DNA of 64,000 nt from Squalus acanthias. Lineage: Eukaryota. The stretch is from the NCBI GenBank assembly GCA_030390025.1, contig JASTWF010000070.1, positions 682,001 through 746,000 on the forward strand, written 5' to 3'. A program made the translations under genes and the position numbers. Every line of letters begins with the position of its first letter. Positions within the stretch are counted from its first letter, which is position 1. The notes beneath the pieces are model-generated. The model made no database searches. It saw only the letters and a list, made by a program, of their open reading frames with translations, and was not told where the DNA came from. This document shows positions 24,655 to 35,700 of this stretch, piece by piece.

Positions 24655-26187
24655 TGTTATTCTGTCTGGGTATTATTGATTGTGTGTGTGTGTCTGATTG
24701 AGTGTCTGTGTGTGTGTGATTCTGTCTGGGTATGATTGATTGTGTGTGAGTGATTGTGATCTGTGTAATCTTGTATGGCGCATGGCAAAACATGACCGTC
24801 TGATTGGATTCTTTTGATGTGTCTATCCTATCAAACAGATAGACTCATCATCCCAGTTTCCTGATTAAATGTTGGTGATTTCTGGGTTCAGCTGCTTTAA
24901 GAGTTGTGCTCCTCTGTGTGTTAAAACATTAATTCAGACAGTTCTTGTGTGGACATATTAAGCAAATTCTCAAATTTAGAAAGCGGGTGATGGAAGCAGA
25001 TTCAATGCTTAATTTCAAAAGCGAATTGGATAAATACTCGAAGGATAAAAATGTGCAAGTCTGTGGGGAAAAGCAGGGAGAGTGGGACTAATTGGATAGA
25101 GTGGGCAGTAAGGTGGCAGATGAAGTATAATGTAGGGAAATGTGAGGTTATTCACTTTGGTAGGAAGAATCGAAAAACAGTATATTTTTTAAATGGTGAG
25201 AAACTTTTAAATGTTTGTGTTGAGAGAGAATTGGATGTCCTCGTGCAAGAAACACAGAAAGCTAGCATGCAGGTATAGCATGTAATAAGGAAGGCAAATG
25301 GCATGTTGTTTTTACTGCAAGGGAGTAGGAGTATAAGAGTAAGGAGGTCTTGCTACAATTATACAGGGCCTTCGTGAGACAACACCTGGAGTACTGTGCA
25401 CAGTTTTGGTCTCCTTATCTTAGGAAAGATGTACTTGCCTTGGAGGCGGTGCAACAAAGGTTAACTAGATTGATTCCTGGGATGAGAGGGCTGTCTTATG
25501 ATGAGAGATTGTGTAGATTGGGCCTATTCTCTCTGGAGTTTAGAAGAATGAGAGGATATCTCATTGAAACATACAAGATACTGAAGGGGGTTGAAAGGGT
25601 AGATGCTGAGAAGCTGTTTCCCCTGGCTGGCATGTCTAGAACTAGGGGACATAATCTCAGGATAATGGGTAGGCCATTTAAGACGAAGATTAGGAGGAAT
25701 TTCTTCACTCAGAGGATTGAGAATCTTGGAATTCTCCGTCCCAGAGGCCTGTGGATGCTCAGTCTTTGAGTATATTCAAGACTGAGATAGATAGATTTTT
25801 GGACTCTAGGGGAATCAAGGAATATGGCGATCGAGTAGGAAAGAGGAGTTGAAGTCGATGATCAGCCATGATCTTATTGAATGGCGGAGCAGGCTCGAGG
25901 GGGCGTATGGCATACTCCTGCTCCTAATTCCTATGTTCTTATGATCTTTCAAAGAGCCAGCACAGGCACGATGGACCGAATGGCCTGCTTCTGTGCTGCA
26001 TCGTTCTATGATTCCATGAAACGCGACTGCAGGACGAGACAGTTTGAACTACCTTTAAATATCTTGAAATGTCAATGTTTAATATATTTTCCTGTCTCAG
26101 GGCGGCCCTCGAGACCAGATACTTTACGCCTCTCTGGAATTTGCTGCCTCGGAAAAGTCATCAAAAAAGAAGGCGGGTCGCGGATGA
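11783..26187 (+). CDS. Gene A: non-rearranging VJ-C1 transmembrane IgSF receptor with ITIM (PRARP/VJC1-like), 343 aa, 8 exons
   Basis: Exons 11783-11837 (MFKAAFSLILIVHVFWPY), 12472-12804 (V with J-like LGNGSTLLVG), 12895-13215 (C1), 14913-15014 (TM GWCILTLPVAIIVSLSLVLVLILIFIWNRK), 15113-15143, 15361-15413, 15809-15858, 26101-26187 (GGPRDQILYASLEF..stop). All AG/GT; total 1032 nt, open frame; AATAAA at 26522. The small cytoplasmic exons are the least certain. Confidence 0.8.
11955..12290 (+). mobile_element. L2 3' end fragment in gene A intron 1
   Basis: PPYLCNLLQP..IGGRAFS; (GTT)n tail. Confidence 0.75.
12472..12804 (+). CDS. Gene A VJ exon (V-set Ig domain)
   Basis: LEC..WYKQ..DTGSYYC..LGNGSTLLV; phase-1 splice sites; no RSS. 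Confidence 0.92.
12895..13215 (+). CDS. Gene A C1-set Ig domain exon
   Basis: VLVFAPP..LVCLVTG..IYWNV..DGTYSIRSHVMV..W..VCTCIV. Confidence 0.92.
13465..14640. mobile_element. CR1 3' fragments (- about 13465-13680, + about 13935-14640) in gene A intron 3
   Basis: CR1 C-terminal coding and 3' UTR motifs. Confidence 0.75.
15625..15740. repeat. About 19-bp minisatellite (ccattggcatattggggta-like), about 6 degenerate copies
   Basis: Direct inspection. Confidence 0.7.
16560..17235 (+). mobile_element. Deu-type SINE with an internal 33-bp tandem array (about 8 units)
   Basis: Unit gtactgagggagcgccgcactgtcggaggggca repeated about 16671-16930 between SINE head and core. Confidence 0.85.
17245..17597. 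repeat. TG-rich minisatellite (continues at 21100-21170 and 24565-24765)
   Basis: Recurring gattctgtctgggtatgattgattgtgtg units split by two LINE insertions. Confidence 0.8.
17598..21100 (+). mobile_element. Young 5'-truncated CR1 LINE with partial ORF1 (SGNH esterase-like) and intact ORF2
   Basis: ORF1 part GARVKDV..VVIHVGTNDV..DGLHL (17598-18050); ORF2 18125-20992; (CTATGTAT)n tail. Confidence 0.95.
18125..20992 (+). CDS. CR1 ORF2: AP endonuclease plus reverse transcriptase (955 aa, uninterrupted)
   Basis: YLNARS, ITETWL, GDFN, SDHN endonuclease motifs; NYRPVSL, GVPQGSVLGP, FADD RT motifs. Confidence 0.95.
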   Translation: MRNKKQRAKPIHKKCEHKKSLRVLYLNARSIRNKVDELAVEIEVNNYDLIGITETWLQGEQGWELNIQGYSVFRKDRQKRKGGGVALLVKEGINAIERKDINSVNTESIWVELRNSEGRKTLIGVVYRPPNSKIEVGEGITREIREACNKSTAVIIGDFNLHIDWNSLISKNNEEEEFLECLRDGYLDQYVEEPTREQAILDWVLCNEKGLISNLVVRGPLGQSDHNMIDFSLEMESEEIDSDTKVLNLNKGNYDAIRRELSRSDWTTFLGGLEVDKQWQAFKDRMTKLQKLFIPIWHKRKSKKVTQPWITGEIRDSIKSKDRAYKIAKKSARAEDWEQFKIEQRRTKGLIKRGKIAYESKLAENIKTNSKSFYKYIKRKRLVKTKVGPLQSDTGEYITGNKEMADQLNAYFGSVFTKEDTKNLPGISGKIGTFAKEELTQVNISKDMVLRKLKGLKADKSPGPDNMHPRVLKEVALEIADALSMIFQNSLDSGTVPMDWRGANVTPLFKKGGREKADNYRPVSLTSVVGKMLESIIKDEIAEHLANGDRIGQSQHGFTKGKSCLTNLLEFFEGVTGKIDGGEPVDVVYLDFQKAFDKVPHKRLAGKIEAHGIKGKVLTWIENWLSDRKQRVGINGSFSEWQAVTSGVPQGSVLGPQLFTIYINDLDQGVGCSISKFADDTKLGGGVGSEEETRKLQSDLDRLGDWADKWQMHYNVDKCEVIHLGCRNGRANYYLNGNKLGEGEVQRDLGVLVHQSLKASMQVQQAVKKANGMLAFIAKGLEYRNRDTLLQLYRALVRPHLEYCVQFWSPHLRKDVLAMEGVQRRFTRLIPGMAGLTYEERLCSLGMYTLEFRRLRGDLIEVYKILTGLDRLDAEGMFPLAGENRTRGHNLRIRAKPFRTEMRGNFFTQRVVNLWNSLPQRAVYASSLNIFKRELDIFLQAKGVKGYGEKAGTGY
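21175..24565 (-). mobile_element. Disrupted CR1 LINE (ORF1 tail, fragmented ORF2, 3' UTR)
   Basis: Minus-strand ORF pieces with LNARS, SDHN, NYRPVSL, FADD motifs; frameshifts; small tandem duplication at 21705-21746. Confidence 0.92.
24980..26015 (+). mobile_element. Nested CR1 3' fragments
   Basis: LEYCAQFWSP, RRNFFTQR. Confidence 0.85.
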
Positions 26188-27419
26188 GAACCCGGAGGGT
26201 TTCTATCGGATGGATGCGGGAGGAGATCAGGACTTACAAAAGAACCCACAGCCGGCGGGAAAAAGAATGGAGCCACGGAGACTCCCGTCAAACATCCAAA
26301 CTATCTCCCTGCACTCGCCAGAGTTTGCAAAGACTCTTTCTATTCAATGTAAACGAACGTGCTTTGAGTATTGTAAAGATATTCCACTGCATTAGTGTAA
26401 TTCAAGTGTGAGACCAACATTAAGAGCAGGGACTTCTCGGTTTGGTCTTTCTCTGAACCTTTCCTGCTCATCCTGCAGCTCCAGTTAGTAACAACATTTT
26501 TTTTCCAAATGCTTGTGTATAAATAAAATAAATTATTCTTCGAATGTAACGATGCACGAGAGGTTCCTATCGATCAATACTTCGCTTATAATAAAATGTG
26601 ATCAGGATAAAACTTCAATGACTATTGAACTGACAATATCGGTCCTGAATTGAGATATTGTTAGTGGTGATATCCTCTGTCTGAGAAGCCAGAGGCTTAA
26701 TCATTTACAGACTAAGAGCACCACAGGAGAGAATCGCGGGCAGAGATGCGGGGAATTCTGTCTGGTTCCATTTTACCTTTGGGGTAGTGTGTTTTGTTAT
26801 GTGTAGTAATGTCAAAACTACATGTCAGAGACAGATGGTGAGTGTAGCGTGGCTTGGGAGGAATGGGTGACTTTGGACCTGTGGTTTCCCAAAGCTCTCC
26901 ACCACTGGGGTTTGCTCACGTCAGATCTGGGTCTCTTGTAGATTCGTGGATAGGGATGGATTGCCATGACAACCGCATTATCATTGTATCATGCGATTAC
27001 CAGGATGGTAGAAGGTATGGCAACTGGCATGTTGGCCTTTATTGCACAGGGGTTGGAGTATAAGAGTAAGGAAGGACCTTGGCCCCTTCTCGTCTAGCAA
27101 TTCCTATGTTCAAGATCCCAGGTTTGCACAATTTTGGGAGAAGATATTCAACCAGAGACAGGATTGCATCATAGGTGGTTATTTTGCTTTATCCATCAGG
27201 GTCAGATCAGTCTAAGTATTCCCCTTCTGATTACTTTGGAATCAGCATGTACAACCGAATGAGATTCAGGAGCAACAAAAACAGTTCCTGACAAAGACCC
27301 TTTCAAATCAATCTCTCAGAAACTGTCCAATAAATTACATGAGGATTTGAATAAATTCCTAACAACCGTTTTCTAATTAATGTTAATTTATATTGTAGGG
27401 TTCTATAAAACTGATCTAA

Positions 27420-28790
27420 GTTCACCAGGACGATACTGGGGCAAAAATGGTAACATTCTAAGGGCAGGTTCCATAGACAAGCCTTATATTCTCCAGAGTT
27501 GAGAAGATTAAGGGGTGATCTATTTGAGGTGTTTAAGATGATTAAATGATTCGATGGGGTCGATAGAGAGAAACTATTTCCTCTGGTGGGGGGAGTCCAG
27601 AACAAGGGGCCGTCACCTTAAAAGTAGATCCAGGCCATTCAGGGGTGATGTCAGGAAGCACTTCTTCACACAAAGGGTGGTGGAAATCTGGAACTCTCTC
27701 TCCATAAAAGGTGTAGAGGCTGGGGGTCAATTGAAATTTTCAAAAATGAGGTTGATAGATTTTTGCTGGGCAAGGTTATTAAGCGTTATGCAACCAAGGC
27801 GGGTAGATGGAGTTAACCTACAGGTCAGCTTAAAGGCCTCTATCAAGTCACCACTCTGTCTTCTCTTTTTAAGAGAAATGTGACTCTGCCTGTTCAATCT
27901 TTCCTGATGTGTATAACGCCTTAGTTCTGTATCATCCTTGTACAGCTTTTTTGCACCTTCTCCAGTGCCTCTATATCCTTTTTATAATATGGAGACCAGA
28001 AATGTGCGCAGTGCTCCAAGTGTGGTCTAACCAAGGTTCAATACAAGTTCAACACAACTTCGCTGCTTTTCAATTCTATCCCTCCAGAAATTAACCCCAA
28101 TGCTTCTTTTGCTTGTTTTAATGGCCTTATTAACCTGTGTCGCTAATTTTAGTGATTTGTGTACCTGCACCCAAGATCCTCTACCCCATTTGAAAACTTA
28201 TTTTCTAAGAACTAACAGATACTAATTGTGGGCAAAAGCCACCATAAATTTGCTGAAGAAATCACTTAACTGCATTATTAAAAAAGAGCAGATGGAATTA
28301 AAATAATTTACTTTCAGCGGTAAATGTGACAGAGTTCACTCCCAGATCAGAAACAGAGAAAGCTCGGGGTACATTTACACAAGAACGTAAGAAATAGGAG
28401 CAGGAGTCGGCCAAGCGGCCCTTCGAGCCGGCTTCGCCATTCAATATGATCATGGCTGATCTTCTACCTCATCTCCACTTTCCTGCACTATCCCCATATC
28501 CCTTGATTCCCTAGAGTACAAAAATCTATCGCTCTCTGTCTTGAATATACTCAACGACTGAGCCTCCACAGCCCTCTGGGGTAGAGAATTCCAAAGATTC
28601 ATCACCCTCTGAGTGAAGAAGTTTCTCCTCATCTCAGTCCTAAATGGCCGACCCCTTATTCTGAGACTGTGACCCCTGGTTCTAGACTCCCCAGCCAGGG
28701 GAAACATGCTCCCTGCATCTACCCTGTCAAGCCCTGCAAGAATTTTGTATGTTTCAATGAGATCACCTCTCATTCTTCTAAACTCCAGCT
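27420..28790. mobile_element. CR1 fragments between genes A and B (+ about 27420-27825; - about 27830-28200 and 28380-28790)
   Basis: CR1 C-terminal motifs on both strands. Confidence 0.8.
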
Positions 28791-29714
28791 TTAATATCAA
28801 TGCAGCCTAAATCCGGAGGCAGTGCCTAAGCTACCCAGTCGGTCCTGAGCCCCACTTTTGAACGGCACACATTTACTCTATAAATGTGCATTGTAAAATG
28901 CCATTAAAGGTACTGAACATTAAAGGCGCATCTGGACTGAAGGATCAAAGGGCTGGAATCACAAACACAATGCTGGAGTTTGAAAACCTGTTTTATTGTA
29001 TTTGTAACTTGAACACTGATGCATTGTAAAGATTATTTGAATTATATCGTGCTCTCATACAAATACGCAAAATAAATCTATAAACGTCAATACAAGAGAG
29101 GAGAAACATGTCGAGATTGAACCGAAACTGCAGGCGGTGTGTCATCTTAAGAATAGCAGACGATGCGTAAGAGAGAATTTAAATATGTTTAGAATTTCCT
29201 CTTTGGGACAAATTTCCCATTTGCAAAATGCGCTTGAAATTGCGCCGGTTACGTTCGGCGTTAAGACTCTCCAGTAGGCGATATGCCACTTCTGCATTGG
29301 TCAGTCTCTCTTCCGAATGAGGGTTAATTATTGATAAATGCGCATAAAGTCGATAAGAGAACGTGAGATCGCCGCAGTGAGATGTCAACGAAGATAGCAG
29401 TTGAACCCTTTAGCTGCACGCCACTGCTTCCAATAGTCGAATTTCTGTGGTGCTTTGGGACTTGAACCCGGCGTATCAAAGTCTCTGGGAAGGGTTCACA
29501 CCTCAGGGCTCTACTGCGCCGGTTGGTCTTCTGAATCAGATTGCCAATTTCCTGTCAATGGATCCCAAAAGCACGCGGAAGCGGCACACAATTGTGCAAC
29601 AGGAGGCTTGAATTGTTACTGAGCAGCGGGTCTAACTGATCCCACAATGAGAGCAAAGCAGAGGGAACTTTCCACAACAGGTCATTTCCGGCAGGCGCTC
29701 GCTTTCTTTTCCCG

Positions 29715-32700
29715 TCAGAGGGTCGGAACCGCATTAAACGCCAGGTGGGCGTAAAGAGTCTATGAGAGAAAACAGAAACCATTATCATGGCCCACATCAT
29801 CATCATAGGAACAGAGGGACAGGAGGAGGCTGTTCAGCCCATCGAGCCTGTTCCGCCATTCAGTCAGATCATGGCTGATCTGTATCTTAACTCCATCTAC
29901 CCGCCTTGGTTGCCTACCCCTTAATCCCCTTACCCAACAAGAATCTATCAAAATTCTCTCAGTTTTGTAATTTCCAATTTACCCCCCCAGCCTCAGCAGC
30001 TTTTGGGGGGAGAGAGTTCCAGATTTCCACCGCCCTTTGTGTGAAGAAGTGTTTCCTCACATCACCCCTGAACGGCCTGGCTCTAATTTTAAGGTGATGC
30101 CGCACTTGTTCTGGACTCCCCCCACTAGAGGAAATTGTTTCTCTCTCTCTACCCCATCGAATCTTTAATCATCTTAAACACCACAATTAGATCACCCCTT
30201 AATATTCTATACTTGAGGGAATACAGCCCGAGTCTGTGCAACCTGTCCTCGTAATTTAACCCTTTTAGTCCCGGGTATCATTCTGCTGAATCATCATTCT
30301 GCAATTTCAAATATCCAGATCTATATTTTTTTAATCTCCGTTCGCAGTTTTACATAAAAGGAAAACAGTGCTATTCTGTAATTCTCACTATGCAATGTTT
30401 TATAGACTAGTTTACTATGAATCTTAAACATTGGTTTAAAATAAGTGCAAGGTATCAACATTTAAAGATCGCATGGATGAACTACAGAATTTGTTCATAA
30501 CTGTCTGGCATAAAAATAAAACAAAACAGGTGGCGCACCGTGGCTAAGAAGGGAAATTAGGGATAGCATAAGATCCAAGGAGAGGACATATAAATTAGCC
30601 AGAAAAAGCAGCAAAACTGAGGATTGGGAGCAGTTTAGGATTCAGCAAAGGAGGACAAAAGGATTAATTAAGAGGGGGAAAATAGAGTATGAGAGTAAGC
30701 TTTCTGGGAACATAAAAACTGACTGTAAAAGCTTCTATAGAAATGTGAAGAGAAAAAGATTGGTGAAGTCAAGCGTAGGTCCCTTGCAGTCAGAATCAGG
30801 GAAATTTATAATGGGGAACAAAGAAATGGCTGACCAATTAAATACATACTTTGGTTCTGTCTTCACAAAGAAGGACACAAATAACCTCCCAGAGATGTCG
30901 GGGAACATAGGATCTAATGAGAGGGAGGAACTGAATGAAATCAGTATTTGTAGGGACATGGTGTTAGGGAAATTGATGGGATTAAAGGCCGATAAATCCC
31001 CAGGGTCTAATAATCTACATTCTAGGGTACTTAAGGAAGTGGCCCAAGAAATAGTAGATGCATTGCTGGTCATCTTCCAAAATTCTATAGACTCTGGCAC
31101 AGTTCCCATGGATTGGAGGGTAGCTAATGTAACCCCACTATTTAAAAAAGGTGGCAGAGAGAAACCGTGGAATGGTGAGCCTGACATCAGTAGTGGGGAA
31201 AATGTTAGTGTCCATTATAAAAGATGTAATAGCAGAGCACTTGGAAAACAGTGACAGGGTCGGACAAATCAATATGGATTTACAAACGGTAAATTGTGCT
31301 TGACTAATCTACTGGAATTTTTTGAGGATGTAACTGGTAGAATAGATAAGGGAGAACCAGTGGATGTGGTGTATTTGGACTTTCAGAAGGCTTTCGATAA
31401 CGTCCCGCATAAGAGATTAGCGTGTAAAGTTAAAGCACATGGAATTGGGGGTAAGGTACTGATTGGATAGAGAACTGGTTGGCAGACAGGAAGCAAAGAG
31501 TTGGAATAAACGGGTCTTTTTCCGAGTGGCAGGCAGTGACTAGTGGGGTACCGCAGGGATCGGTGCTAGGACCCCAGCTATTCACAATATATATGAATGA
31601 TCTAGACGAGGCAACTAGATGTAATATCTCCAAGTTTGCAGACGACACAAAGCTGGGTGGACGTGTGTGCTGTGAGGAGGATGCCGAGAAACTCCAGTAT
31701 GATTTGGACAGGTTGGGTGATTGGGCAGATGCATGGCAGATGCAGTATAATGTGGATAAATTCGAGGTTATCAACTTGTGGCAAAAACAGGAAGGCAGAT
31801 TATTATCTGAACGGCAATAGATTGGGAGAAGGGGAAGTGCAACGAGACCTGCGAGTCCTTGTGCACCAGTCGCTGAAGGTAAGCATGAAGGTGCAGCAGG
31901 CAGTTCAGAAGGCAAATGCTATGTTGGCCTTCATCGCGAGAGGATTCGAGTACAGGAGCAAGGATGTCTTGCTGCAGTTGTACAGGGCCTTAGTGAGAGC
32001 ACACCTTGAGTACTGTGTGCAGTTTTGGTCGCCGTATCTGAGAAAGGATGTTCTTGCCATGGAGGGAGTGCAGCGACGATTCGCCAGACTGATCCCTGGG
32101 ATGGCAGGAATAACGTATGAAGAGAGATTGGGTCGTTTGGGCTTCTATTCGCTGGAGTTTAGAAGAATGAGAGGGGACCTCATTGAAACTTATAAAATTC
32201 TACCAGGACTATACAGACTAGATGCAGGAAGGATGTTCCCGATGGCGTGGGAGCCCAGAACCAAGGGTCACAGTCTAAAGATAAGGGGAAAGCCATTTAG
32301 GACAGAGATGAGGAGGAATTTCTTCACCCAGAGAGTGGTGAACCTGTGGAATTCTCTACCACAAAAGGCGGTTGAGGCCAATTCATAAAATATATTCAAG
32401 AAGGAGTTAGATATATTTCTTAAGGCTAAAGGGATCGAGGGATATGGGGAGAAAGCAGGGACAGTGTACTGAATTTGGATGATCAGCCATGATCTCATTG
32501 AATGGTGGAGCAGGCTCGAGGGGCCGAATGGCCTACTCCTGCTCCTATCTTCTATGTTTCTATGTTTCTATGTTAAGCAAAAACAATTCTTTTCATATCT
32601 ACCTCCTTGTCTTGTGCACGTGGTCTCGAATCGGTCAATTTCTGATCGCTGTTCGTGTTGCCTGATATAAAGAGAAACTTAATCTAAGTCTAAATGCACA

Positions 32701-35700
32701 CATTTCACGCTGAACGGGCCAACTAACATGTAATGAGCCAATGACACAATAAATGGATTGATTGGGAGCGCCGTGGAGTTGGAGCGCCTCCCGACAACCG
32801 CTACCTGACCGCCGGTTCCTGCAGCTCCTTCCCGCGGCGACAATAACCATCAGCAGTAGGAGAAGCGCCGCCGCCGAAGTCCCGTAAAGCAGTACTCTGC
32901 AGTTGGTTTGTAGCGGGGACACTGAAGAAAGAAAAAAAAAACTTTTATTTTTTTTAAATCCCGTAACCCGAGCTTTCTCTTTCTCGCAGAAGGTTCAAGG
33001 AGGCCCAACACCATCTTCTCAACCGCTAGGGATGGCCAAGCAATGCCAGACTTACCAGCGTCACCCACATCACGAGAACACATTAAAAATGTTGCTGGAA
33101 ATCATTAGATNNNNNNNNNNNNNNNNNNNNNNNNNNNNNNNNNNNNNNNNNNNNNNNNNNNNNNNNNNNNNNNNNNNNNNNNNNNNNNNNNNNNNNNNNN
33201 NNNNNNNNNNNNNNNNNNNNNNNNNNNNNNNNNNNNNNNNNNNNNNNNNNNNNNNNNNNNNNNNNNNNNNNNNNNNNNNNNNNNNNNNNNACAGGCAGAC
33301 AAATAGACAGACAGAACTATATAACCATGAACCTATCGAAGGGTAGTGCAGAGAAGGAGACTATGAGGCCCTCCATGTTTGTGCCGGCTCTATGCTAGAT
33401 GGATCCAAAACTAATCCCATTACCCGGCTCTCTCTCCATATTCCTGTATCAATCCAAAACGAATCCCAAAGAAGACTCAGTCCCCTGGGATGCACCACTT
33501 CCAATCCTTCGCCAATCCGAGGAATACCCATTTACCCTATCTCCTTATGTTTTGAATGTCACCTAACTTTCCATCCATGCTGACACATCTCCTTCACACC
33601 AAACCCCTAAATTGTTTCCCAACAGCCTTCTTGTGCGACACTTTATCAAACGCCTCCTGGAATTCCATACACGTTACATCTACTGCAATCCCTTTAACTA
33701 TCCAATCGGTCCGTTCCACGAAAGCTCTTTTAAATTTGTTAAACACGACTCCACTTTCCAAATCGCTGCTGGTTGTCCTTAACTAGCCCAGACATTTTTA
33801 ACTGCTCACCACAGTCAGTTCAAATTACGGATTCTAAGTGTTTGTCCGCAACTCATCTGATATATGGTAGCCAAAGTGACACCTTTCTCCTCTCTTAGAT
33901 GAAACGTTAGATAGAAACCGTTTGGGTCGGAAGAATAAGGAGGTCACATACTCCTTGGAAAATAAGTATCTAAATGGAGCAGAGGAGCAGTGGGATCTGG
34001 AGGTACAGATACACAAATCACTAAAAGTAGCGACGCAGGTTAATAAGGCCATAAAAGCAAACCAAGAACTGGGGTTCATTTCTAGAGGGATAGAATTGAA
34101 AAGCAGAGAAGTTATGTTAAATTTCTGTAGAACCTTGGTTGGACCACACTTGGAATACTGTGAAAATTTCTGGGTTCCATATTATAAAGAGGATATAGAG
34201 ACACTGGAGAAGATACAAAAAGATTTACTAGGATGATACCAGAATTGAGACGTTATGCCTATCAGGAAAGATTGAACAGGCTGGGCTCCTTTCTCGACAA
34301 AAGTGAGGACTGAGAGGTGACCTGATAGAGGACTTTAGATTATGAAAGGGTTTACATAGAATTACATAGGATATACGGCACAGAAACAGGCCATTCGGCC
34401 CAACCAATCCATTCCGGCGTTTATGCTCCACTCGCGCCTCCTCCCGTCTTTCCTCATCTAAATCAATCAGCTTATGCCTCTATTCCCGACTCCCTCACAT
34501 GCTTGTCCAGCCTCCCCCTTCAAATGCATCTATACTATTCGCTTCAACCACTCCCTGTGGTAGCGAGTTCCACATTCTCACCACTCCCCGTGTAAAAAGT
34601 TTTGTCCTGAATTCCCTATTGAATTTCTTGGTGACTATTTTATATTGATGGCCTCTAGTTATGCTCTACCCCACAAGTGGAAACATTCTCTCTCTATCTA
34701 CACTGTCAAAACCTTTGATAGGGTCGACGTAGAGAAGATCTTTCCAATTGTGGGGGGGAGGGGGCGCTTTGGATCAGAACTAGGCGCCACAACTAAAAGA
34801 TAGTTACTATTAAAACCAATTGGGAATTCAGGAGAAACTTCTTTACCCAGAGAGCGGTGAGAATGTGGAACTCGCTACCACAGGGAGTGGTTGAGGCGAA
34901 TAGTATAGATGCATTTAAGGGGAAGCTGGATAAACACATGAGGCAGAAACGAATAGATGGATATTGATGGGTTTATAATGAAGTGGGATGGGTGGGGACT
35001 CGTGTGGAGCATAAACACCGGCACGGACCTGTTGGGCCGAATGGCCTGTCGCTGTGCTGTACATACTGTGTAATACAGATACCTACATGCAGGCATCGAG
35101 AGAGAAAGTGATAAACTGGAAATGGCAATTATATGTTCCAATTTTACGCATGGACAGCTCAGACAGATTCCTTCTCTCCCACCATATACGTATGGCCTAG
35201 CTAGACAGATGGACTTTATAATTCAGAAAGCTCAAGACTGTAACATTGAGAGGGATAAATGATTGAGTAATTCTACATGGACACGCAGAAAGGGAGAGAC
35301 TTTGAATGTATAAAGTGATATTGCGAACAATTAACTCTTACATCAGCACGGAAGATATTAGTAAAGTGTCACTGCCAATAGTTACCTCTCTGAGATGAGA
35401 CACTTTCACTGATCAGATCCCCACTGGAGTTGATTGGAACGGCGCAAGTACAGACAGCGCCGCTGCTCCAAGTTTCCGCCGAGACGCTGATGTGACTCCT
35501 TACACTGTAGGTCCCGTCCGGGTCTATTGTCCCGGAATCGCTCGGTTCCTCGGTAACCTGTCCGGAAACATTCCAGCGAACGGGAAGGGAATCGAGAGAC
35601 ATGCTTTTCACCAAACACATCAATGGGACCCTTTCCAGCGAGGGAATTTCATCCGGCGGTGGAGCTAAGAGAAAGATTTCCGGAGACCCTGGCGAGTTTG

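Noticed and set aside
25881-26411. 176-aa and 108-aa ORFs as standalone genes
   Set aside because: They start in CR1 or intron sequence and are alternative frames over gene A's last exon and 3' UTR
32903-33346. ORFs spanning X residues
   Set aside because: Artefact of the N gap
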